From Patescibacteria group bacterium (lineage in GTDB: Bacteria > Patescibacteriota > Microgenomatia > UBA10105 > UBA927), in NCBI GenBank assembly GCA_038063875.1, contig JBBTUH010000028.1, forward strand, positions 17,046 through 81,045: DNA of 64,000 nucleotides. Reading direction: 5' to 3'. Below, one piece after another: positions 57,326 to 64,000 of this stretch; within the stretch, counting starts at the first letter, position 1; every line of letters starts with the position of its first letter. The translations under genes were made by a program, and so were the position numbers. The notes under the pieces were generated by a model, which worked only from the letters and a program-made list of their open reading frames with translations, made no database searches and had not been told where the DNA came from.

Positions 57326-57334
57326 AAAATAAAT

Positions 57335-57376
57335 CCTCTTACTATTACTATGATTCGTATATAGCTACCCTGTCAA
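57335..57376 (-). promoter_or_regulatory. Putative promoter and RBS of the giant gene
   Basis: TTGACA (57376-57371)-N18-CATAGT (57352-57347); AAGAGG (57340-57335) 9 nt before the TTG. Back-to-back with a + strand TTGACA at 57394-57399. Confidence 0.5.
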
Positions 57377-57430
57377 GCTGAAAATTTTGGTTCTTGACAA
57401 CCACTCCCCATTTTCGTCTACACTAAAGTC

Positions 57431-57637
57431 ATGAGAAAGAAACTCCATCATAAAAAATCAAAAGCTGTACGCACGCGTAAACCAAAAGAATCTTTTCTCG
57501 TTCTTATCAGAAGTTGGATGCTTCTTGTTATGTTTGCGCTCATGTTGGGACTAGGAGCTGTGGTCGGCACATTCTTTAACGATAAGACTGCAGAATCAGC
57601 ACCAACGGTCGCTGGTGTTTCTATAGAAGCTAACTAA
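57431..57637 (+). CDS. Small single-TM hypothetical protein, divergent from the giant gene
   Basis: Basic N-terminus, TM WMLLVMFALMLGLGAVVG, C-terminal PTVAGVS; upstream TTGACA...TACACT. Confidence 0.65.
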   Translation: MRKKLHHKKSKAVRTRKPKESFLVLIRSWMLLVMFALMLGLGAVVGTFFNDKTAESAPTVAGVSIEAN

Positions 57638-57678
57638 CCAAACCCCTGTCGTTTCGTAGATTTCAGTTTCTTATTAAG

Positions 57679-57749
57679 TGGACCTGAGGGGAATCGAACC
57701 CCTTACTCTTCTATGCCATAGAAGTGTGTTACCGGTATACCACAGGCCC
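57679..57749 (-). tRNA. tRNA-Ala (GGC)
   Basis: Acceptor GGGCCTG/CAGGTCC with G3:U70; anticodon arm CTTCT-ATGGCAT-AGAAG; T arm AGGGG-TTCGATT-CCCCT; discriminator A; CCA not encoded. Confidence 0.93.
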
Positions 57750-57765
57750 ATTTGTTTTTCTCTTG

Positions 57766-57836
57766 TGGACCGTGGGAGAATCGGACTCCCGCCTCCGCAA
57801 TGCGAATGCGGCGTATTACCACTGTACTAACGGCCC
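57766..57836 (-). tRNA. tRNA-Ala (CGC)
   Basis: Acceptor GGGCCGT/ACGGTCC with G3:U70; anticodon arm CCGCA-TTCGCAT-TGCGG; T arm GGGAG-TCCGATT-CTCCC; CCA not encoded. Confidence 0.9.
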
Positions 57837-58921
57837 TATTTCAAAAACGGCAACGGACTTACAATAGCACCACCCTTACGCACTTCAAAATGAAGATGTG
57901 TGCCCGTTGATCGACCTGTAGAACCCATTTTTCCTATCACCTGACCTCTTGAGACCGTATCGCCATTTTTCACATATATCTCTATCAAATGTGCATACAA
58001 CGTAGTTAACCCATCGCCATGATTTACGATCACATGCCGTCCATACCCGTATGTGAGATATTCTACCAGCGTCACTTGCCCATCCCCTGCCGCGATCACA
58101 GAAGGCTGCGATGGATTGGCGATATCTACAGCCATGTGATACCAAATCGGATACTGTGTAATCACACCGGCGGTCGGCCAAGAAAGTTGACCATTGCCGC
58201 CTGCGATAAGTGCGTCTGCCATAAACGCTCGCGGGGCGATAGGTGCTGACAGAGGCATCACACCATCTGGTACGACCAGCGTCTGCCCGACGCTTAAGGC
58301 AAACGTATCTAAATCAGTAAAATCGTTAAAGGGAAAGTTTAGTATTTTTTGTGCTTCTGTCTGATATTTTTTGGCTATAGAATAAATAGTTTCACCCTCG
58401 CGAACTTTGTGGACTATCCCTGTAACGGGTGGAATTTTTAACTCCTGACTTAAACTCAAACTATCCTTTTTTAGATCATTTGCCCACTTTACACTATCAA
58501 CGGACACACCAAATTTCTCTGCAACCGTTGAGAGGGTATCACCCTTTTCGACAGTGTATGTTATCGTTTGATCACGTGGTTTTTGAGATATTTGCGTCTG
58601 TATCCCGTACTCAGAAACATCAAGAGAAGTAAGGACTGCGGATGGAGGTGTGAAATCAGCCAGAGCACTGGGTACACCAGAAGGATAACTATTGGCAAGA
58701 ATTGGCGCCGATACAAAGGCTGCAAGAACGAGTACGCTGACAGAAAAATGAAAAAACGGTCGTTGATACCCACCACGTCTTGCCATCAACACATCGACAA
58801 GCACATCTTTCTTGGCTTCAAAGCGTACGCCAAATTTTCGCAATCGTCTAAAAAGATAGGTGTACCATCCTCTACCCCACAAGCGTATATCATCGATAAA
58901 GAGGGCGAAATATTTTCGCAT
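57836..58921 (-). CDS. LysM x2 + M23 metallopeptidase (peptidoglycan DD-endopeptidase family)
   Basis: YTVEKGDTLSTVAEKFG, HKVREGETIYSIAKKY; HMAVD, YAHL, STGTHLHFEVR. Confidence 0.93.
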   Translation of the reverse strand: MRKYFALFIDDIRLWGRGWYTYLFRRLRKFGVRFEAKKDVLVDVLMARRGGYQRPFFHFSVSVLVLAAFVSAPILANSYPSGVPSALADFTPPSAVLTSLDVSEYGIQTQISQKPRDQTITYTVEKGDTLSTVAEKFGVSVDSVKWANDLKKDSLSLSQELKIPPVTGIVHKVREGETIYSIAKKYQTEAQKILNFPFNDFTDLDTFALSVGQTLVVPDGVMPLSAPIAPRAFMADALIAGGNGQLSWPTAGVITQYPIWYHMAVDIANPSQPSVIAAGDGQVTLVEYLTYGYGRHVIVNHGDGLTTLYAHLIEIYVKNGDTVSRGQVIGKMGSTGRSTGTHLHFEVRKGGAIVSPLPFLK

Positions 58922-58936
58922 AATATAAAGGAGTGA

Positions 58937-60538
58937 TTAATCCTTGCCAAGTACTTCCAAAAATTCTGCGTTTGACTCAGTCTTACCCATCCTATCGATA
59001 AGCATGAGTGTGCGCTCATCGTCTGATAAGAGTGCCAACATGTGCCGCAAGGTCGTGACACGTTTCATACTTTCCTCTCCTAAGAGTAATTCATCGTGAC
59101 GCGTACCGCTTTTCCCGACATCAATTGCCGGAAACACCCGTCGCTCTTGTAACGTTCGCGAGAGGTGAAGCTCCATGTTCCCTGTGCCTTTAAACTCTTC
59201 GTAGATGAGGTCATCCATCCGACTCCCCGTCTCGATAAGTGCTGTCCCTATAATCGTCAATGACCCGCCCTCGGTTGCGCGATTAAGCTTAGGCTGATCG
59301 CCCGTAAGATTTGCAGCTTGTTCTTCTGGCGTGATAAATGGCTCATTGCATCTGGCTGCTCCCAAAAATTTCTTGGCTGGATATAACGCTGCTGGATCAA
59401 ATCCTCCGGTAAGCGTCCGACCTGACGGATTGACAACCATGTTGTAGGCTCTTGCAAGCCTTGTGATGGAATCAAGAAGTATAACAACGTCATGCCCCAT
59501 CTCAATTAACCGCTTGGCGCGATCCAGTGCTACTTCAGCCACGCGCGTTTGATGATCAGGTGCTTCGTCAAAGTTACTGGCATATACCTCACCCTTTACT
59601 GATCGCATGATATCGGTGACTTCTTCTGGTCTTTCTCCAATAAGCACTGCCATAAGATGCACTTGTGGATAGTTTGCCGCAATACCTGCGGCTAACTCTT
59701 TAAGGACTGTGGTCTTCCCTGCTTTCGGTGGCGATACCACAAGTCCTCTTTGACCAAATCCGATGGGTGCTAATAAATCAATCATGCGTGTAGACAATGG
59801 ATTTTTCCCTGTCTCAAGTTTTAGTAACGTATTAGGATAAATGGGTACGAGATCTTCAAATCGTGGTCTCTTCTCCATCATTTCAGCGGGCAACTCATTG
59901 ACCTTCTCAACCTTGAGCAATCCGTAATACCGTTCATTTTCTTTGGGAGCTCTTGCCTGTCCCTCTACCATGTCGCCGTTTCGCAAGAGAAATCGTCTAA
60001 TTTGTGATTGAGAAATGTACACATCTTTCTCGCTTGGAGTATATTTAGGTCGTAAAAATCCGTGACCGTCGGGCATGGTATCAAGGATTCCACGAACCGT
60101 CTCTGTGGGCACATTTACATCTTGAGTAAACGGAACGTCTACGAAATCTTGCCGTGGCCGATCAACGTATGGCTCTCTATATCCACGATCTTGCGGCCTT
60201 CTGTATCCTCCCTGAGGGTTATACCCGCCGCCGCGAAAATCTCGATTGCCAAATCGTCGAGTATTTCCCTGACCGCCGCGAAAATCTCTTATCCCAAATC
60301 GTCTATTTCCACCTTCATAATTGCTTCGTGGTGCAGGAGTGTGCTGTACAAATTGTTCAACTGGTGTTTCAGATTTTTCTACTACTGGTGCCTCGTCTAT
60401 AGGCTTGACGCCCCCTACAAAATCATCGATGCTTACCGGTGGTGGCAGCGATTCTGCCGAAGGCACGACCGCACTATCGATCTCATCATGTTTTAATTTT
60501 ATTTTGACTGGTGATTTACGGGTTGCTTTAAAAGCCAT
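58937..60538 (-). CDS. rho: Transcription termination factor Rho with an N-terminal low-complexity extension
   Basis: GHGFLR, DVYISQSQIRRF, PIGFGQRGL, PPKAGKT, ERPEEVTD, LDSITRLARAYN, EEFKGTGNMEL. Confidence 0.96.
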   Translation of the reverse strand: MAFKATRKSPVKIKLKHDEIDSAVVPSAESLPPPVSIDDFVGGVKPIDEAPVVEKSETPVEQFVQHTPAPRSNYEGGNRRFGIRDFRGGQGNTRRFGNRDFRGGGYNPQGGYRRPQDRGYREPYVDRPRQDFVDVPFTQDVNVPTETVRGILDTMPDGHGFLRPKYTPSEKDVYISQSQIRRFLLRNGDMVEGQARAPKENERYYGLLKVEKVNELPAEMMEKRPRFEDLVPIYPNTLLKLETGKNPLSTRMIDLLAPIGFGQRGLVVSPPKAGKTTVLKELAAGIAANYPQVHLMAVLIGERPEEVTDIMRSVKGEVYASNFDEAPDHQTRVAEVALDRAKRLIEMGHDVVILLDSITRLARAYNMVVNPSGRTLTGGFDPAALYPAKKFLGAARCNEPFITPEEQAANLTGDQPKLNRATEGGSLTIIGTALIETGSRMDDLIYEEFKGTGNMELHLSRTLQERRVFPAIDVGKSGTRHDELLLGEESMKRVTTLRHMLALLSDDERTLMLIDRMGKTESNAEFLEVLGKD

Positions 60539-60661
60539 ACTACTTGGAAACGCCAAATTCCAAAAGAAAATGATACTTATGTAAGGGAATTCATGAAAAA
60601 CAAACTACCCGAGGAAACTTTGAAACTCTATCCCATATTTAACCAGATTATAGTACTGGTG

Positions 60662-62668
60662 TCAATAATCAATTTCGTATATCACTGTTTCACCAGAACG
60701 GAGGACCTCCTGACCAAGAATGGTAAACTTGTCTTCTACAAGTTTCGTAAATTTTTGTCGTTCAAGAATTCCCACGATGATGTATCGTACGTTGTATTGG
60801 TTTAAAAGCTCTTTCGTCTCTGTTAAATCTTCTGACTCATATATTCGCCGTACATCCTCGCGTCTTGGCGAGACGACGTCGTAGCTTCCACGCCATAACC
60901 ACTCATGCACTGCCCATCCCACGACAGTGGGAATTCCTGTAAACGTCGAAAAACGCTGGTAATCCGTATAACTATCCCCATCCGCCTCGACAAGAACCGA
61001 AGGATTTTTTTGATCCTTTAACCATTGAATAGCTGCAAAATCATCCGGATACTCACGTTCGAGCCACGAAAGTCCGTAAACTCCTTCATAATTTTTTAAA
61101 CCCCCAAAATAACTCCGCACAGAAAAGAATGGATATATCGAGACAAGAAACAGCAGTGGGATCAAAAGGAGTATGACCATCTTTTTTCTCCAAAGCGACA
61201 CTATGGCGTATCCACTCACGATAGAAAACAATATAAAGGCTTCATACCCCAGTTTAAACATCGTGTTGCTTCTGAAATGCTGTGGGTAGATATCTTTAAA
61301 ATAGAAGAATTCTGGGAAAATAGTCAGTGCAATAGAGAAGAAAAAGAAAATCATAAGAAGTTTTTCTATATGAGTAAATTTTTTACTCCGTATATATCCA
61401 ATCCACAATCCTCCACTGACCCAAAAAAATCCCCAGAGAAGTGACATCATCCAGAATGGTGATCGCTGACACTTCTCTACCCCTTCAAAAAGAAGTGGCC
61501 CTATTTTTGTATGGGCCAAAAAGCTAGGAGGACAATTTACTGCAATGCCATTGACAAAAGATGTAAAGTGCACGAGAAACGGCAGGCTAGTGAATAGAGC
61601 TACAACGATAGCTATCCCTAATGCTTTCCATTTGTGTATTGGTGATTGGATATTGGATATTGCAAGAACCACACAAAACAATCCGAAGTATATGGGTCCA
61701 TCAAGGGCGTTGGTCATCAGGAGTACGCCACAGAGAAAACCGTAGAATATATAGGGAATTTTTCCCTGCAGGAGCAGTGCTATTGCCAGCAACACAAACG
61801 GAATGCTCAACACGTGACCATGGACATCAGAGACGACGAAGGAATAGCTTGGAAACTCATGGATGGTAAAGGGAATAAATCGTGTCGCATTGGCATACCA
61901 ATATGTTTCTATCCCCTTTAGTGTCCATCCAAGATTCCAAAACGGTTTCACGTTATCTCCCGTATATCCGTTCGTAAATGCATAGATCGTTTGCATATTG
62001 CCGGCTAGTGTCACGAGAAACGCAGTAAATAAACCGCCGCTTATTTTCTTTGTCAATTCTCTTCCTATCGAAAAACTCATAGTAAAACAAAGAGCAAAAA
62101 TGGTAGAAAGCATAAGATTAAACGTGTAGGAAAGATCTAAGTTTGAAGCCTTGGTCACCATGGCAGTGACCAAATGTCCGAAATAATAATAATTTATAGA
62201 ATGTGGCGGATACCACATGTCTACGGGAGGGAAATATGAGCTATTAAGGATGGACTGCATGAACCCATAATCCATAAACTTCTCAAGCCCCCGAATACTC
62301 GGCTCATGCGCTTTCACCCACGTCCAGAGAAGAAGCGCTACGAAAAAAAATAGTTCTTCAACTAGTATTGTTTTCCAAATAGGTGACTTAGGTAACCTAG
62401 GCGTCCTAAGTAACCTATTGAGAACAAAACCAAAAGCAAATAGTATACCTATAGCCATGAGGATCGTCCCTATCGTAAACGGTGCGATACGCGCCATGCC
62501 AAATACAAACACGAGCCACCCTATTACGGCGAGCCCGACTGCTTTGGAAAAAAGATACCCCTGATCAAACCATGCATGAAAAAGAAGTCGTGTGAGAGGA
62601 AACGCCGCAGCACCGATAAGAAACAACACACTCCACCACCTGATACCAATAAAGAAGTCAGAGATCAT
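60662..62668 (-). CDS. DUF2298 (YYY-motif) multi-pass membrane protein, probable GT-C
   Basis: EKFMDYGF, INYYYFGH, TIHEFPSYSF, DVHGH, RSNTMFK, GWAVHEWLWR. Confidence 0.82.
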   Translation of the reverse strand: MISDFFIGIRWWSVLFLIGAAAFPLTRLLFHAWFDQGYLFSKAVGLAVIGWLVFVFGMARIAPFTIGTILMAIGILFAFGFVLNRLLRTPRLPKSPIWKTILVEELFFFVALLLWTWVKAHEPSIRGLEKFMDYGFMQSILNSSYFPPVDMWYPPHSINYYYFGHLVTAMVTKASNLDLSYTFNLMLSTIFALCFTMSFSIGRELTKKISGGLFTAFLVTLAGNMQTIYAFTNGYTGDNVKPFWNLGWTLKGIETYWYANATRFIPFTIHEFPSYSFVVSDVHGHVLSIPFVLLAIALLLQGKIPYIFYGFLCGVLLMTNALDGPIYFGLFCVVLAISNIQSPIHKWKALGIAIVVALFTSLPFLVHFTSFVNGIAVNCPPSFLAHTKIGPLLFEGVEKCQRSPFWMMSLLWGFFWVSGGLWIGYIRSKKFTHIEKLLMIFFFFSIALTIFPEFFYFKDIYPQHFRSNTMFKLGYEAFILFSIVSGYAIVSLWRKKMVILLLIPLLFLVSIYPFFSVRSYFGGLKNYEGVYGLSWLEREYPDDFAAIQWLKDQKNPSVLVEADGDSYTDYQRFSTFTGIPTVVGWAVHEWLWRGSYDVVSPRREDVRRIYESEDLTETKELLNQYNVRYIIVGILERQKFTKLVEDKFTILGQEVLRSGETVIYEIDY

Positions 62669-63217
62669 AGGGGTTGTTTTTCACTGCGCAAGGCAATGGT
62701 ATTGATAGCACCTGCTACCCGCTCCATAACAGTGCCCCCCAACTTGGCGCTATAATAGGCAAGACGAGATGCAAGACGCACCACAAGCATTGTTCCGCCT
62801 AATCCACCAAATACAATGGCGTTCTTTTTTAAATCAAAATTTTTTGAACTTAAATCTGGCTTTTGACCCTGAAGGGCAACTGACAGTTCAGGATGAGTTA
62901 TAACATGATTTATCCCCTGTGTGTTTTTTTTCATGTCGAGACCAAATTTTATTACACCAGCCCCACACCCTACTGAAAGTGCGACATCAAGAGCAGCCGA
63001 TCCTACCTTTGCAAGGTTACCAATTGAATCCGCATTATGGTGAAGAATTTCTCGCACGTTAGAAAATTTTCGTGCAGTCATCTGATCGGCTATTGATCGC
63101 ATTTTATTTGCCCATTCTCGATCCACTGGTATATTTACCAATGCTTCCCACATTTTTTTTCCCAACTGTTTCTACAACAGGAGATTGTTTGGGTATCTGT
63201 TCATTCTGACCTTCCAT
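62665..63217 (-). CDS. Hypothetical membrane protein, probably frameshifted near its 5' end at an A8 run
   Basis: Main frame 62665..63165 has two hydrophobic segments; the ATG at 63217 (MEGQNEQIPKQSPVVETVGKK) joins it if one A is removed from 63153-63160. Confidence 0.5.
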
Positions 63218-63259
63218 AGGAGTAGGATACACGAGCTTTCTTAGTGATACAATACTCTC

Positions 63260-64000
63260 ATGAAAATAGCTATTATTGGCGGGGGTATTACAGGACTTAC
63301 AGCTGCCTACCAACTTTCCAAAAAAGGGCACAGTGTTACTATTTTTGAAAAGGAATCATGTCTTGGAGGACTCGCGTACGGCTTCAAACAAAAAAAATGG
63401 AAGTGGCGTCTAGAGGCGGCATACCATCATTTATTTACCAATGACAAGGCAATACTCGGGCTTATCAAAGAACTTGGACTCAAGGACAAACTCATTCTCT
63501 CCCGCCCAATCACCGCAACACTCTATAAAGACAAACAATATCAACTTGATTCGCCTGCCACCCTTTTTGCGTTCCCTGCTCTCACATTTTTAGATAAAGT
63601 ACGAACGGCAATCCTATTGGGAATGCTCAAAATCAACCCATTTTGGCAACCACTCGAGCATTTTACCGCTGAACAACTTTGTATCTCAATAGGTGGAAAA
63701 AATGCATTCAATACAATCTGGAAGCCTCTCCTCTATGGAAAATTTAGTCGCTATGCACCTACTATTTCAGCGGCATGGCTCTGGGCGAGAATAAAAAAAC
63801 GCACACCACGTCTTTATTACATTAAGGGTGGGTTTCACACACTCATTTCTGCACTTGAACAATCAATAACAAAAAATAATGGAAAAATACTTATTAACAC
63901 ATCCGTCAACTCTTTAAATTTACTCCGCACACAGTTCGACAAAATACTTCTTACCATCCCAACAGCTCTTGCGAAGAAATTGATTCCGAATTTGGAATCA
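63260..64000 (+). CDS. FAD-dependent oxidoreductase (amine oxidase/protoporphyrinogen oxidase-like), 3'-truncated
   Basis: Not in the ORF track. MKIAIIGGGITGLTAAYQLSKKGHSVTIFEK...LGGLA...YHHLFTND; frame open to the window end. Confidence 0.9.
   Translation, partial: MKIAIIGGGITGLTAAYQLSKKGHSVTIFEKESCLGGLAYGFKQKKWKWRLEAAYHHLFTNDKAILGLIKELGLKDKLILSRPITATLYKDKQYQLDSPATLFAFPALTFLDKVRTAILLGMLKINPFWQPLEHFTAEQLCISIGGKNAFNTIWKPLLYGKFSRYAPTISAAWLWARIKKRTPRLYYIKGGFHTLISALEQSITKNNGKILINTSVNSLNLLRTQFDKILLTIPTALAKKLIPNLES

Noticed and set aside
17559-57215. Many 60-210 aa ORFs on the + strand or in alternate frames within the giant gene
   Set aside because: Shadow ORFs: Ser/Cys/Phe-rich antisense-type composition and no recognisable motifs, while the long frame carries the catalytic motifs.
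17126-57325. MARTX/RTX, Rhs, CDI or NRPS/PKS identity for the giant ORF
   Set aside because: No GGxGxD nonapeptides, YD repeats, haemagglutinin repeats, Hint domain or adenylation/KS/carrier motifs were seen.
16990-57749. Giant gene as an island integrated at tRNA-Ala
   Set aside because: No integrase in the window, and I found no copy of the tRNA 3' end near 14.7-17.1 kb by eye.
60647-60665. TTGACA plus TATAAT upstream of rho as one promoter
   Set aside because: Only 7 nt apart. TATAAT alone may be a -10, but the pair is not a valid promoter.
1-64000. Alternative genetic code (TGA read-through)
   Set aside because: Recognisable genes are full length in code 11 and several end at TGA with ATGA coupling (e.g. 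1073-1076).

Overview
64-kb AT-rich bacterial window in standard genetic code 11. The gene style suggests Patescibacteria/CPR, probably Microgenomates (inference, not demonstrated). 1-14.7 kb holds a surface-glycosylation cluster (DegT aminotransferase, GT2, GNAT, methyltransferase, RmlC-like cupin, five GT-C/YfhO-like membrane proteins) with an interspersed VapBC pair and a MazG-like gene. 14.7-17 kb is a toxin-antitoxin/defence pocket (AAA_14-DUF4143 ATPase, MNT with a truncated HEPN remnant, second VapBC). The centre is one uninterrupted 40.2-kb minus-strand ORF (17126..57325, 13,399 aa). By motif reading it contains, N to C: a pilin-like GF-hydrophobic leader, Cys-pair repeats, Gly/Ala hydrophobic hairpins, a divergent SecA-like ATPase, PP2C phosphatase, GNAT, kinase-like domain, TM + LCP domain, second PP2C, degenerate FHA, Ser/Thr kinase, two degenerate GGDEF domains, an R-S-E ADP-ribosyltransferase, an HExxH metalloprotease motif, a Fic domain and C-terminal hydrophobic helices. 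The C-terminal modules are punctuated by two repeated linkers: Cys...V(Y/F)A-(A/Q)D...Cys and W(Q/E)RA...KWWG. This is the best candidate for an undescribed system, hypothetically a self-translocating, processed multi-effector polyprotein. The right end has two tRNA-Ala genes, a LysM-M23 peptidase, Rho, a DUF2298-like membrane protein and a partial FAD oxidoreductase. All domain calls are by-eye motif matches; no searches were run.
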